A stretch of 64,000 nt of DNA from Candidatus Eiseniibacteriota bacterium (lineage in GTDB: Bacteria > Eisenbacteria > RBG-16-71-46 > JABDJR01). A program made the position numbers and the translations under genes. Where the stretch lies: positions 1,460,147-1,524,146 of the forward strand of contig CAVXKA010000001.1 in the NCBI GenBank assembly GCA_963762255.1, written 5' to 3'. The notes beneath the pieces are model-generated. The model saw only the letters and a list, made by a program, of their open reading frames with translations. It ran no database searches and was not told where the DNA came from. This document shows, in pieces, positions 40,109-53,590 of this stretch (positions are counted from its first letter, which is position 1; the number at the start of each line of letters is the position of its first letter).

Positions 40109-40957
40109 ATGTTGCGTCGATCTATCTGGCTCGTTCTTCTGGGGCTTCTCATGGCAGGTCGCAGCGAGGCCGCCGGAGGGGACTTCTATGCACGGCTCCG
40201 CGTGGACGACGGCCCGGTCGCGGGCCGCTTCACCGTCTACGCCTACTTCCTCGACAGCCTCGACACGGCCGTGTCCTCGCCCGCTCCCGGACGGATCCTG
40301 CTCCTCAACTTCGGCGAGGCCAACGGGGACAACTCGTTCATCGTGCCGGGCGATCTCCACATCCAGGATCGCCGCGGCCGCGCGTGGACCCGCGGTTTCA
40401 ACACGCTCGAGACGGGTCGGCTGGCGGGCTTTCTGGACAGGGACGAGGCGCGCTGGGCTCTGTGGTGGGTGCCTGCGGAGGTCGATTCCCTCGTCTGGTC
40501 GACGCCCCTCGATCTCTCCTTGTGGTACGGGTTCGGCAAGGCGTCGTTCGCTCCGCTCAAACCGGAAGACGCGCGCGCCGTGGCCGAGGCGTTGCCCTGG
40601 GAGCGCGTCGACACCGTCGAGGTGAGCGCGGATCGCTCGGTCGCCGACCTCGGCGATGCGATCGACCCGGCCGCGTTCGATGTTCCCCCCTCCGTGCGGG
40701 AGCGCGTGAATCCCGTCTATCCGAAATCCGCGCGGCAGTACGATTTCGTCGGCACGGTGAACGTCGTCGCGGTGGTGGATGAGCGCGGCGACGTCGCCGA
40801 TGTCTTCGTGCTGCAGTCGAGCGCGACTCACGACCTGAACGCGGCCGCCCTTGCGGCGGTGCGGCGATGGAAGTTCAAGGCGGGGACCAAGGGCGGCATG
40901 TCGGTCAAGGGCGGGTTCCTGATTCCCGTCAGCTTCGGCCGCGGCTCCGACCGATGA
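40109..40957 (+). CDS. periplasmic protein with C-terminal TonB-C (energy-transducer TonB C-terminal) domain
   Basis: Signal peptide. The C-terminus NPVYPKSARQYDFVGTVNVVAVVDERGDVADVFVLQSSATHDLNAAALAAVRRWKFKAG matches the TonB_C pattern. There is no Pro-rich spacer or TM anchor. Confidence 0.6.
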   Translation: MLRRSIWLVLLGLLMAGRSEAAGGDFYARLRVDDGPVAGRFTVYAYFLDSLDTAVSSPAPGRILLLNFGEANGDNSFIVPGDLHIQDRRGRAWTRGFNTLETGRLAGFLDRDEARWALWWVPAEVDSLVWSTPLDLSLWYGFGKASFAPLKPEDARAVAEALPWERVDTVEVSADRSVADLGDAIDPAAFDVPPSVRERVNPVYPKSARQYDFVGTVNVVAVVDERGDVADVFVLQSSATHDLNAAALAAVRRWKFKAGTKGGMSVKGGFLIPVSFGRGSDR

Positions 40958-42327
40958 CGGCCCCGCGCCTGCGCGCCGTTCTGCTCAACCTCGCGGTGGT
41001 CTTCGGGTCGGTCTTGCCCGGGAGCGTGCCGTGGACCGCCGCTCAGCCCGCAGAGGCTCTTCGCGGCGCCGCAGAGGACGTCCCAGCGGCGACGGCGTTT
41101 GCAGCCGAGGTCGTCGTCACCGAGGTCGGCTTCGACGCGCGCCTGCGCGTGCGGCTCTATCACGATCCCGCGTTCGTCAGCGTCCCCGGTTCCGCGGGAA
41201 CCCTGTTCCTCGTGGCTGCCGACAGCTCCGCCGGGCGCGACGCGTTCTTCATCGCGTCCGATCTCGCGTTCGAGCTCGGTGATCGCCAGGAATACCGCGT
41301 CGAGTTCGAGCAGGCCTCGGATCTCCTCGGCCAGGCGCTGGGCGGCCGATTGCGGCCGGGTGAGGTGCAGCTCGGATTCGTGCTCGTGCCCTCGGCGGTC
41401 GACTTCGCCCGCTACTTCCCCGCGCATCCCGAGTCGGTGGTGGTGCGGTACGCGAACCACCGGTCTCGTTTTCACCGCGCGGACGCCGCCGAGTCGCTCA
41501 CCTGGCGCGACGCACTCGCCCCCTCCATTCTCGCCGGCGGGCTGAACGCGTGGTGGGATTGGACGGTGGCGATGTCCGATGCGCCGGACATGAACGAGGG
41601 CGAGAAGCAGTTCTTTCAGGAGCGGCTCTTTCCCGCGCAGGGGCACCTGCTGGTGGAGGAGGGGATTAACGCCGAGGCGCTGCGCGACGCGATCCTGCGT
41701 GTGGGGGAGCGCCGGCTGCTCGAAGGGCCGGCCATCCAGCGCGTCGCGCCCCGCTATCCCGCCGCGGCGCGGCAGCTCGGAGTCGGAGGGCTCGTCATCG
41801 CGCTCTGCTACGTCGATGAAGCGGGCGAGGTGGCGGACGCCGTTCTGCTCGCTTCCAATACCGCCCACATGCTCAACCTCTCCGCGCTGAGTGCGGCGAT
41901 GGAGTGGCGCTTCCCGCGCCGGCGCGACCAGAGCGGGGTGTTCAGCGACGGATGGAGGCTCCTCCCCTTCCAGTTCAAGCTCGCGGCGTCCGCGGCCGCC
42001 GATTCGACAGCGGCCGCGAGCGGGGACTACGTCCCGCCGCGCATCGTTCGATCGGTGGAGCCCGAGTACCCGGAAGCCGCGCGCAAGCGCCGCATCGAGG
42101 GGACGGTCATCTACCGGGCCACCATTGCCGCGGATGGGAAGCTGATCGAGGCATTGCTGGAAGCGGGCGCGCACGAGTTGCTGAATCAGGCGGCATTGGA
42201 GGCGCTGGAGCGCATGCTCTTCATTCCCGCCAGCCGCAACGGCAGGGCGGTACAGGGGCAGATCAGCGTGCCGTTCACGTTCGGAGCGCCGAAGGAAGAG
42301 AAGAAGAAGAACTGGAAGACGGACTGA
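40954..42327 (+). CDS. periplasmic protein with two TonB-C-like domains
   Basis: ATGA overlaps the upstream stop. Two TonB_C-like units: RVAPRYPAAARQLGVGGLVIALCYVDEAGEV...EWRF and VEPEYPEAARKRRIEGTVIYRATIAADGKL...LFIPASRNGRAVQGQISVPFTF. Confidence 0.6.
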   Translation: MTAPRLRAVLLNLAVVFGSVLPGSVPWTAAQPAEALRGAAEDVPAATAFAAEVVVTEVGFDARLRVRLYHDPAFVSVPGSAGTLFLVAADSSAGRDAFFIASDLAFELGDRQEYRVEFEQASDLLGQALGGRLRPGEVQLGFVLVPSAVDFARYFPAHPESVVVRYANHRSRFHRADAAESLTWRDALAPSILAGGLNAWWDWTVAMSDAPDMNEGEKQFFQERLFPAQGHLLVEEGINAEALRDAILRVGERRLLEGPAIQRVAPRYPAAARQLGVGGLVIALCYVDEAGEVADAVLLASNTAHMLNLSALSAAMEWRFPRRRDQSGVFSDGWRLLPFQFKLAASAAADSTAAASGDYVPPRIVRSVEPEYPEAARKRRIEGTVIYRATIAADGKLIEALLEAGAHELLNQAALEALERMLFIPASRNGRAVQGQISVPFTFGAPKEEKKKNWKTD

Positions 42328-42366
42328 CGGCCGCAGCGGGACCCGGCGGGCGCGCTCCCGCGACGC

Positions 42367-43503
42367 TCAGCTCAGCGGAACGCGGACCCACAGGGACCAC
42401 TTGTCCACTCGCGGCAGCCCCCAGCCTTGAGGAATGGAAGCGTAGTCGAGCCCGCCCAGCCGGAAGAGCGACAAGCCCATTCCCTGGGTCCATGCCTCGA
42501 TGCCGCCGCTCTCGTCGTGCACGTAGCCAACGCGCAAGGCGATGTAATCGAGGAGGCGCAGTTCTCCACCCACGCTCAGAATGATGTCGTGCCGTTCGAG
42601 ATAGCTCAGCCGGTCCGCGACCGAGTCCGGGAGATCCGATGAGATCAGGCTCTTCTCGAACCCCATCGCGACGGATGCGCCGAACACGCTCGTGTCGCGG
42701 ATGAGGGAGCTTGGACCGGCCCCTTGGAACCAACCACCCTCGGCCACGGGGAGCGCGGAGAGATCGAACCCGACCGCGGCCCGGAGGTTCCGGGGCAAAG
42801 GGTCGCCATCTCCCCAGCCGGTGGGGTTGATGTTCGAGCCGAGATTCTTGACCGTGACTCCGGCCAGGACGTTCGTCTTGACCTGACCCGGCTCGCCCAC
42901 GCTCACCGGGAATCGTCCGAGCGCGCCGAGATCGAACGCAACGGACGATCCCTCAGCGTCTTCGAGTCCCAACTGGTTCTCGATCGTTTCGCTGACCCCG
43001 TTCAAATAGTCGACCTTTACGTTCTTGACGCCGAAACCGATCCCCACCCGCCGGCCGATCTGCAGGGCCGTGGCCACGCCGAAGACGTGTTCGTATGATG
43101 AGAAAGTCCCGAGTTGGGTCGAAGAACCGTCGGTGAGCTGAGACTCTCCGTAATCCAACCGGGTGAAATTGAAGTCAAACGTCATCGGCAGGTGTTTCAG
43201 AAGCGCGACCTGCATCGACGCAGTGCCGTAGTAGTAACGGACTCCGCCGTCGCTCGGGCCCTCCCTGAGCCGGGAGTAGGTGGCCGCGCCCTGCACGCCG
43301 TCGGCGAAGGCCAGCCCCCCCACGTTGCCCCAGGCGGCCATGGGCCCTTGGTCCAGCACGTAGTAGGCCCGCCCCATACCCTCGCTGCGGGCGCCAGGTG
43401 GGATCTGAAGAGAAAAGGCCCCGGCCATTGATCCGGCTTCCGCGGCGGAACCGGTCCATAGGAGCGCCAGAGTCAACCCGAAACCAAGTCGAGATAAGCG
43501 CAT
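42367..43503 (-). CDS. putative outer-membrane beta-barrel protein (PorV/PorQ-like?)
   Basis: The ATG at 43503 gives a signal peptide ([23 protein letters not shown]). The body shows alternating amphipathic beta-strand character with G/Y/F-rich segments. The family assignment is a guess. Confidence 0.45.
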   Translation of the reverse strand: MRLSRLGFGLTLALLWTGSAAEAGSMAGAFSLQIPPGARSEGMGRAYYVLDQGPMAAWGNVGGLAFADGVQGAATYSRLREGPSDGGVRYYYGTASMQVALLKHLPMTFDFNFTRLDYGESQLTDGSSTQLGTFSSYEHVFGVATALQIGRRVGIGFGVKNVKVDYLNGVSETIENQLGLEDAEGSSVAFDLGALGRFPVSVGEPGQVKTNVLAGVTVKNLGSNINPTGWGDGDPLPRNLRAAVGFDLSALPVAEGGWFQGAGPSSLIRDTSVFGASVAMGFEKSLISSDLPDSVADRLSYLERHDIILSVGGELRLLDYIALRVGYVHDESGGIEAWTQGMGLSLFRLGGLDYASIPQGWGLPRVDKWSLWVRVPLS

Positions 43504-43612
43504 GTCCGTCACGGCAAGCCCCCCTCCACGCGAAGGTCCGATCACCGCCTCCAACACCTGCCGCGCGCTCGCAGTTCCCGGGTACCCGCTCAGCCCAGTG
43601 CGGCCGCGGGGG

Positions 43613-45462
<1,850 letters not shown>

Positions 45463-45599
45463 GAGAGTGTGTACTCGGCAAGTATACACGGGAGAGGGCG
45501 TGGCCCGAGAACCTACGGGATCAGGTATAGTGACTCGGTGCATCGGCGCACGCTAACATCGATGCCGACCATCTGCCGACGAAAGGCGCAATAGCAGGT

Positions 45600-46595
45600 A
45601 TGAAGCTCGTCGTTTCTCTCGACGTCGAAGCAGATAACCAGTGGAACCACGGTGGCCCTCTAACGACACGAAACGTGCAGCACTGGGCCCCCTTTCAAGA
45701 GCTCTGCGATCGACACGGTGTCGTGCCGACCTATCTCGTGACGACCGAGATTGTCGAAGATGATCACGCGCGCAAGCAGCTGACCGACTGGCGCTCTCGG
45801 GGAGCGGCCGAGATCGGTGCCCACCTGCATCCGTGGTCGACGCCGCCGTACGCCGACGTGCCCGGATTGCGCTTCAACGACGAGCAACACGCGTACCCGT
45901 GTCAGCTGCCGGACGAGTTGATGGGCGCCAAGCTCGCCACCCTTACCGCGCAGATTACCCAGGTTTTCTCCCACGCTCCCACTGCGTTCCGCGCAGGCCG
46001 GTTCGGTTTTGACGCCCGGCTGGCGCGGTGCTTGGCGGCGGAAGGGTTCGTCGTCGACTCATCGGTGACTCCCGGTGTTTCGTTGCGGGGCGTGGTCGGC
46101 ATGGGTGGTGGTGGCCCGGATTTTTCCAGCTTCTCCATCGAGCCCTTCCGCATCGCCGGGACCGGCGAACCCGGTCTCCTGGAGATTCCCGTCACGATCG
46201 CACAGACCTACCGAGTCTTCGACCGGTTTCCCGGCCTATTGAAGCCCTACTCCTGGCTGCCCGTCAGGGCGGTGCGCAAAGTTCTGCTCAGCGCCTGGCT
46301 TCAGGCCCAACCGATGTGGCTGAACCCGCGTCCCAACTACAGGTCCAAGGATCTCGCTCTGGTCTGGCGCCGAGCCGAAGAGGCGGGTGCCGAGGTCGCG
46401 GTCATGATGTTTCACAGCAGCGAGCTCATGCCCGGCGGCAGTCCGTTCCGACCGACGGTCGAATCCGTGCGCGACTTGTATACGTGCCTGGACGGGTTCT
46501 TCGCCTACGTCCGTGATCACGGCGGGAGCTTCTCCGGCATGACGGACGCGGCGCTGAGCCTTTCCCGGCAAGAACTCGCCGTGCGCCCGGTTTGA
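45600..46595 (+). CDS. polysaccharide-deacetylase-like (CE4-fold?) hypothetical protein
   Basis: The N-terminus MKLVVSLDVEADNQW resembles deacetylase/NodB-like starts, and there is a His-rich central region. Assigned by resemblance only. Confidence 0.45.
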   Translation: MKLVVSLDVEADNQWNHGGPLTTRNVQHWAPFQELCDRHGVVPTYLVTTEIVEDDHARKQLTDWRSRGAAEIGAHLHPWSTPPYADVPGLRFNDEQHAYPCQLPDELMGAKLATLTAQITQVFSHAPTAFRAGRFGFDARLARCLAAEGFVVDSSVTPGVSLRGVVGMGGGGPDFSSFSIEPFRIAGTGEPGLLEIPVTIAQTYRVFDRFPGLLKPYSWLPVRAVRKVLLSAWLQAQPMWLNPRPNYRSKDLALVWRRAEEAGAEVAVMMFHSSELMPGGSPFRPTVESVRDLYTCLDGFFAYVRDHGGSFSGMTDAALSLSRQELAVRPV

Positions 46596-46662
46596 GAGCA
46601 TTCATCCTTTCTCAGGGTCGTGGCCGGCGGCCCACACCTCGAGCCGGGGGACCGGACCGAAC

Positions 46663-47787
46663 ATGAAGTTGTGCATGGTTACCCTGAGCGGGCTGTCCAT
46701 CCACTTCCGAGACCCGCGCCGACCCGCGGGGGGATCGGAGCGGCAGGTCTCCCTTCTGGCCCAGGCACTGGTCCGGCGGGGGCACCAGGTGACCGTGGTG
46801 GTCACGGACTACAGCGGCGCCGCCCTCACCACCCCTCGTTCCACGACCTTGCCTCTGGTCAACGCATACGACAACCACAGCGGCGTCCGCGGGTTTCGTT
46901 TCCTGATTCCGCGTTGGCGCGGACTTCACCGAGCCCTGGCGCGGGTCGACGCTGATGTGTGTTTCCAGCGCGGTGCCGGTGCGGCCACCGGCCAGGTGGC
47001 TTGGTTCGCCCAACGTCGGCGCCGGGGGTTCGTGTTCGGCCTGGCCAGCGATACCGATGCCGATCGAGCCCGGGTCCGTCTCGGGTTCCGAGACCGTCGT
47101 CTCTACCAGTACGGCCTCCGCCGGGCCCAGCGGGCGGTGGCCCAGCACGCCGACCAAGTTGTCTCCCTGCGGGCCAGCTATGGGGTGGAGGCGACGGTGA
47201 TCGGGAGCATCGCCCCCTACCTGCCGGAGCGGATTGAGCCACCCGATTCCCACCCCACCGTGGTGTGGCTGGGGGATCTTCGCTCCCTGAAGCGACCGGA
47301 GCTCTTCCTGGCCATGGCGCGGCGCTTTCCCGAGGCCCGGTTCGTGATGATGGGTGGGCCCGTCCTGAGCGATGCCGACTGCTATGCGCGAGTGGAGGCA
47401 GAGGCGCGCATGATTCCCAACGTGGAGTTCCTGGGTTTCACCGGCGATCCCGCTCCCCGGCTGGCGCGGGCCTGGGTGCTTCTGAACACTTCGATACTGG
47501 AGGGATACCCTTCCAGTTTTCTGGAGGCCTGGGGTCACGGGGTGCCCACCGTCTCCTTCGTGGACCCTGGGGGGACGGTGCGCAAGGAAGGTATCGGGCG
47601 GGTCGTGGAAGACCCTCAGCACCTTGCTCAGGTCCTCGGAGAGGTGCTGGAATCGGCTGCGCTCCGCAACGAACTGGGCGCGCGCGCGCGTCCCTACGTG
47701 GAACGGGAGCATACCGCGGATACGGTGGCCGCTCGCTATGAGGCGGTATTCGCCGAGGCCGCGGCAGCGGCCCGAAGGTCCGGATAG
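46663..47787 (+). CDS. glycosyltransferase family 4 (GT-B fold)
   Basis: The N-terminus CMVTLSGLSIHFRDPRRPAGGSERQVSLLAQALVRRGHQV is followed by the C-terminal EX7E region (EGYPSSFLEAWGHGVPTVS). Confidence 0.85.
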   Translation: MKLCMVTLSGLSIHFRDPRRPAGGSERQVSLLAQALVRRGHQVTVVVTDYSGAALTTPRSTTLPLVNAYDNHSGVRGFRFLIPRWRGLHRALARVDADVCFQRGAGAATGQVAWFAQRRRRGFVFGLASDTDADRARVRLGFRDRRLYQYGLRRAQRAVAQHADQVVSLRASYGVEATVIGSIAPYLPERIEPPDSHPTVVWLGDLRSLKRPELFLAMARRFPEARFVMMGGPVLSDADCYARVEAEARMIPNVEFLGFTGDPAPRLARAWVLLNTSILEGYPSSFLEAWGHGVPTVSFVDPGGTVRKEGIGRVVEDPQHLAQVLGEVLESAALRNELGARARPYVEREHTADTVAARYEAVFAEAAAAARRSG

Positions 47788-47823
47788 ACCGCGTCGTCGT
47801 GGCCGCCGGGTGCTCGGCTTGCC

Positions 47824-49318
47824 CTACGGCGTGAGCAGCTCCGCTTCCGGCGCGCGCTTCAAGAGCGTGCGCACGCCGCGGGTGACGTGGCAGGCACGGA
47901 ACCCCGACTTGTGCATCAGTTCTGCAAGGTAGGCGCTCTTGAACCCCACTTCGCAGTAGAGGGCGTAGCTCTGGTCGCGGCTGAACGCGGGGTACGCGGC
48001 GAGGGCCTTCATGTATTCGAGGTGCAGGGCGCCGGGATAGTGCCAGGCCTCGAAGGCCGCTCGCGAGCGAAGATCGAGCACCGTCGTTCCGTCCGGAATC
48101 GTCTCGATCTCGAGGTCGGACGGCGCCGTTGCCTCGAGTTCGATCGTACGCAGCTCGTGCACGATGCGCGCGGAGAAGACGCGATCCAGGAGCGAAGGGT
48201 CGAGCCGCGATTCCTCGGTCTCGACCACCGAATGCGACGCGTTGGTGGAGGGATTCTTGGGAACGAGCGCGCAGTATTCGTCCACCTCCGCCGATCGGTC
48301 GTAGGTGCCGATCCGCCGCGCGATGGAGATGATCTCCTCCTTGTTCATGCCCACCAGGGGGCGCAGCACGGCAAGGTCCGTCGCTCGGGACACCACCGCC
48401 ATGTTCTGGAGCGTCTGCGAGGAGACCTGGCCGACGGAATCCCCGGTGATGAGGGCCTCGATCTCCAGCTCGCGCGCCAGACGCTCGCCGGCGCGCAGCA
48501 TGAACCGCTTCAGGATCACCTGCCAGTACTTGGGCAGAACCTTGGCCTGGATCTCCTCCACCGCGGGTTGGAAGTCGATCTCGTAGAGGTGCGGTCGGTC
48601 GCCGTAGCTCCAATGATCGGCGATGATCTTCATCACCCGCAGCACGCCGCGTCGGTGCGCCGGCCCGCCGAGATTGCAGAAGAGATAGTCGAGCGACACG
48701 CCGCGCCGCAGGAGCATCCACGAGGCCACCGCGGAATCGAATCCGCCCGAGACCAGGGACAGCGCGCGTCCCTGCACGCCGACCGGGAGGCCGCCTTCCG
48801 CCGGGATCATCTCGGTGAAGAGGTACGCCTCCTCCGGGTACACCTCGAGGTACGCGGTCACCTCCGGGGTGCGCAGATCGACGCGGGCCGCATGCTCGAG
48901 GAGCGCGGTGCCGAGAGCGCGCTGCACGTCCGCGGAGCGAAACGGAATGAGCTGGGTCTTGCCCGCCCGCCGCGCGCGCACCGCGAACCGCTTCCCGCGC
49001 ACCGCCTCGGCGAAGAACTTCTCTCCCTGATTGACGAGATCGGGCAGATCCCGCCACGTGTGTCGCGCGATCGGCGAAACCGATTGCAGCCCGAACACGT
49101 GCGGGAGGATATCGATGCGCGAGCGGAGACTGGGTCTCCACGATCATGCGGTGCCACTCGCGCTCCGTTTCGTATGGAGCGCCGGTGGTCCCCAACGCGT
49201 TCTTCACGTTCTGGGCGAGCCGCTTGGTGAACCGCTGCTTGGTCTTGGGAAACTTGATGGATACCTCCCCCGAATAACGGAGGAGGATCCATCGCGGCGC
49301 CGCCGGATCGGAATGCAA
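47824..49318 (-). CDS. thiI: tRNA 4-thiouridine synthase with C-terminal rhodanese domain, interrupted by a single frameshift near 49120-49135
   Basis: The N-terminal ferredoxin-like/THUMP start (WILLRYSGEVSIKFPKTKQRFTKRL...REWHRMIVETQSP) is in the frame of ORF 47438..49318. The PP-loop SGGFDS, the body and the rhodanese tail (CEVGFKSAYL) are in the frame of ORF 47824..49098. The junction lies at GGAGACTGGGTCTCC. Confidence 0.7.
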
Positions 49319-49320
49319 AG

Positions 49321-52300
49321 CTACGGCACCCGGGTGATCTTGACCGCGCCCGCGGTGCGGCCATCCACCACCACTCGGGTGAAGAAGATCCCCGCGCCGG
49401 CGTCGAGGCCGGTGTCGGTGCGGCCGTCCCAGCTCAGCCGGTGCTCGCCCGCATTCAGGCGGCCGGAGTAGATCACGCGCACGCGACGTCCGGTCAGATC
49501 GAACACCTCGGCGCGCACCTCGTACTCGTCCTTGCCGCCGTCGGCGCGGCCCGCCAAAACCACCGGCACCTGCGCGGCACCGATCATCGGGTTCGGGAAC
49601 GCGGCGAGAAGCCGCGTCACGCCCGCCGGCGTGTCACCGGGGACGCTCGTCGTGCTCTTGGCATCGGGAAGGCCGTCGTCATCCGCGTCGACGGTCACCA
49701 TGCACCGATTGTCCACCGCGGGCAGCGTGGCGCTCTCATTGTTCGGGCAGACGTCGCCGCCGAGTGTGCCGGTCGGCTCGGGATCCCAGCACACGGAGGC
49801 CACCGCCGCGATCTTCGTTCCCGCCGGCACCTGGCCCGCTCCCAGCCCGTAGAGCACGTCCCACGGAATCGCCAGCTCGCTCCCGCCGTTGTTGCCGTTC
49901 AGGTGGTTGGGATCGAAGGCCATGATCGCCTGCGAGCTCAAGTCCACCGCGGTCGTCGGACTGGTGATCCGCCAGAGGCTCTGGCCGTCGTAGACGCTCT
50001 GGTGCTGATAGGCGCCCATCTGAATGTCGGGCTTGAAGCCGGGACCGCTGAAGCTCGCGCCTCGTTCCCAGCTCGAGATCGCGGTCAGGTCGGTCTGCCC
50101 GTTCGGCCCGCCGAAATCGGTGTCGAGATAGAGGAGCCAGGAATTCCCCTTCACGCGACCCTGGATGCCGATGTAGAGGTAGTCGGCATCCCAGTCCATG
50201 TAGAGGACGTTGATCTCGTTGGTGTCACCGGGAGAAGAACTGTTCCAGGCCGAGTCCCACCAGTCCTCGCACTGCCAGCGCGCATTCCCCCAGTCGGCCG
50301 TCGAGAAGAGTCCGTCGATCTGGATCGCGGTCGGCGGCGTGTAGTTCACGGCCACGTTGTCGTTTTGCGTGACCTGGACGTTCCCGTTGCTCGCCGCGTC
50401 GCGCACGGTGTTGGCCGCCAGGAGCAGTTCCAGCGAGCCCGTGCTGAGCGCCTCCAGCGCGGCCGCGGTCGTCGGCGTCAAGTCGAAGTCGAGCTTCGTG
50501 CTGGTACCGGTCGTGGTGAGCGTCTCCGAGTTGGTGAGCGTCACCTCGGCGATCGCCGTCGTTGTCGTCGTCGATGGCGATTCCGGTCTTCACCACCAGG
50601 GACGCCTGCACCGGCTCGTCGAAGTAAAGCGTGAGGTGGTTCGTGCCCGGGAAGTAGGTGCCGCTCAGGGCCAGCGGTCCAAGCTGGTCGGTGAGTGCGT
50701 CGCGCAGCGCCTTCAGCTCGGGGATGTGCCCCTGGCCGTCCAGCGCGCTCGAGAAGCCGCCGTAGACGAGCACCCGGAACTGACTGTCGCCGTAGAACTC
50801 GTCGCCCTCCAGGAGCGTGGCCGAGAACTGGGTGTTGTGATGTCCGCCCGCCGATCCCACCACGACGCCTGCGGTCGCGTTCGTGTTGGGGTTCTTCTGA
50901 CCGAAGTAGCCGCCGCCGTCGGGATCCCACACCCGGTTCAGCGTACCGTTCCAGGTCATGTCGCGCAGGTCGGGGCTGAACCCGTTCTTGACGTAGACAC
51001 GCTGCCCGGGTGCCTTGTACGTGACGTCCAGGTAGGGCTGGCCCAGCGTCAAGGACACCGTCTTCGTCACCGCGGGATGGGTGAGCCTGGCGGTGACGGT
51101 GTTGCCGGAGCCGGCCACCACGGAGAGCCCGTAGAGTTCGTGCTCCTTGTCGCTGCCGCCCACGCTCACGTCGGAGAGCGTGGCCACGTGGTTCGTCTCG
51201 TTGTAGTCGCCGTCGGTGTCCACCCAGTAAGCGTTGTCGTTGGAGACCACTGAGTAGTTGTAGTCGCTCCCCTTGGCGAAGAGCCACTGCAGCTTGCCGC
51301 CGATGGTATCGAAGACCGCCAGCAGGCGGTCGTTGTACATCACCAACTCTTCCACCCCGTCGTCGTCGATGTCGCTCGTGTAGGCGCCGGTGGGGTTCAC
51401 ATAGAGCCCGCCCGCCCAGCGCGCGGCCTCGGTGTGCGGATTCGCGGAACGAATGTGGTTCGAATAGTGGTTCTGCCACCCGGAGATCTCGCCGGCGTCG
51501 TGCCAACCGGTCTCGTGGAGGTTGGTGACCAGGATGTACCACGCCATCTCGCTCAGGTTGTTGGCCGGCGCGGTGAGGAGCTTGTTCAGCACGTTGTTCC
51601 ACTGCTGGCCGTAGTTCCACTTGGGCGTGTGGCCGTCCAGGTTCGCGGCCCCGGTGTAGGCCGCCCAATCGCCGTACCAATAGTTGTTGCCGCCGCCATA
51701 GCCGTCCAGCCCGCCGAGGAGCCCGTAGGTGCCGCTCTGAAGCGTGATCGCCTGCGTGGTGAAGCCGGGATCCTGGAGCACGTCGGTCAGCTTCCACACA
51801 CTCACGGTGCCGCTGTTGGCCGAGCACTGCTGGAGGATGTGGATGTAGTTGTTGAGCGCGTCCGGATTGCCGGCTCCCTGCGAGACTTCGGCCGCGATCT
51901 CCGCGTCGTTGCCGTAGAGGATGATCTCGTCCGAAGTGCTGGAGAGGATGCGGTTCCAGGCGTTGCCCCAGTTCCAGTTCACGTCGCCCACGAACGTGTT
52001 GTCGATGGGGAGGACCTTGATCCCGCCGTAGGTGTAGATGTGGTGGTCGTTGAACGCGTTGTTGTTGTATCCGCAGTGAATGTAGTCGTCGAGGATGACC
52101 GCCCAGATGCCGTTGTCCGCGAAATCGTCGCCGATCCAGTCGATCACGTTCCCCGACGCGGTGACGCCGTTTCCGTCGTTGTCGGGGTTCTCGCACCACA
52201 CGCGCTCCGGCACCCAGGCGACGCGCGGCGTGAAGCCGTAGCGGTAGGAGATCATCGAGTTCTCGAGATCCACCGCCTTGCCGTTGATCTCGTCGCGCAG

Positions 52301-53338
52301 GAACGGCATCATGTGCTGCCCGTACGCGGAGGTGATCATCTCGATCCATCCGCCGGTGACGCCCGCCGAGAGCCAGTCGTTGAAGCTCTTGTCGTGCCAC
52401 TCCGCCGCCGAGATCAGCGTCCCCGCCTGGTGCCAGTTGACCGGCAGGTTGTAGTAGTCGTGGGCGGCAAGAAGCTCGTCGGCGCCGTCGTCGGGGTTGT
52501 TGACATCGCCGTCGTTCACCGCATTCTCGCCGCGCTCACCGCGGAACACCGTGGTATAGGTGAGCCCCTGGTTCAGGTGCTGCACGAACGCGACGTTGTG
52601 GACGTTGCTCGTGGGGCTGTTGTCGGCGGTGATGCCGTCCAGCACGATGCCGCCCTCGGTGGTGAACACGTAGAAGTTGATGGGCGTGGACTCGTCTGCC
52701 GCCGCCCGGGGCGCGACCGCGTCGAACGCCGCCGCGGACTTTCCAGCGCCTTGCGCCACCGCTTCCTGGAACCCGCTCGGGAGCCAGCAACTCGCCTCGA
52801 GCATGTCCCACTCGCGGGTGGCGCGCACCGAGCGCACGCGTTCCGTCTCGCGGGCATCGCCAGCAGTGTCGAGCAAACGCGCGGTCGCCCCGGCCGAGGA
52901 CTCGGTGAGTTCCACCGCGCGATCCCACGCGATGGGGGCTTCACCCGCGATGCCGTCGGGGAGCGACTTCGTCCCGCCGGACGCGTAGTCCATGAGCACG
53001 AACACCCGCACGCCGGCGTCGAGGACGCGCTCGGCGGTCTCCGCGCTCGGGGTCGGGTAGACGTTCACGCGCATCGAAAGCCGGTCCACTTCCTGATCGA
53101 AGTAGAAGCCCATGAGATCGCCACGCGCGGTCTGGCCGGTCGTGCCGTCGAAGACGGGGTCCAATGCCTTGGCGTTGGCGCGCTGCCAGAGATGCGGGTT
53201 GCCCTCGATCTCGAGACCGGGGGCCGCGACGAGCGGCGCGATCCAGTCATGCGCGTCGAGTTCGCCGACGGAATGGCTCGCGAGCGGGAGCGCGGCGAGG
53301 ACAAGGAGAAGAGGAAGCGTGCGACGGATCCAGTTCAT
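49321..53338 (-). CDS. large secreted glycoside-hydrolase-like protein (GH57-like core) with T9SS/FlgD-type C-terminal sorting domain; the CTD is in a shifted frame (junction about 50545-50575)
   Basis: Signal peptide. GH57-like regions GWIEMI (region II-like) and AWVPERVW (WxxERV, region III-like). ORF 50225..53338 degenerates into Arg-rich frame noise after ...GIAIDDDNDG. ORF 49321..50544 continues in another frame and ends with a typical CTD: FPNPM...VFDLTGRRVRVIYSGRLNAGEHRLSWDGRTDTGLDAGAGIFFTRV. Confidence 0.55.
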
Positions 53339-53590
53339 GGGGCTCCTCCCAGAGGATTGGACCGGTCCAAACCCCGTGGATGCTAAGCCTTGTTGCCTGT
53401 CGATTGGTGGCCGTCGGAAGGCGGCCGTACCGGGATCGTGGGTGCCAGAGGATGTCGTAAACCGAAGAAGATTCTACCAGATACGCGGTCGCGGACAAAC
53501 CGGGCCGGGCAAGTCCAACCAGTCACAGCAGTTGTGCGGTCGCGGCCGCTGTGCAATGCTCCCCGTCACGCGCAATCCACGGAGGCATCC

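Noticed and set aside
50541-52400. 619-aa minus-strand ORF in an alternative frame of the GH57-like gene
   Set aside because: Off-frame relative to the frame that contains the signal peptide and the WxxERV catalytic block. Composition-driven.
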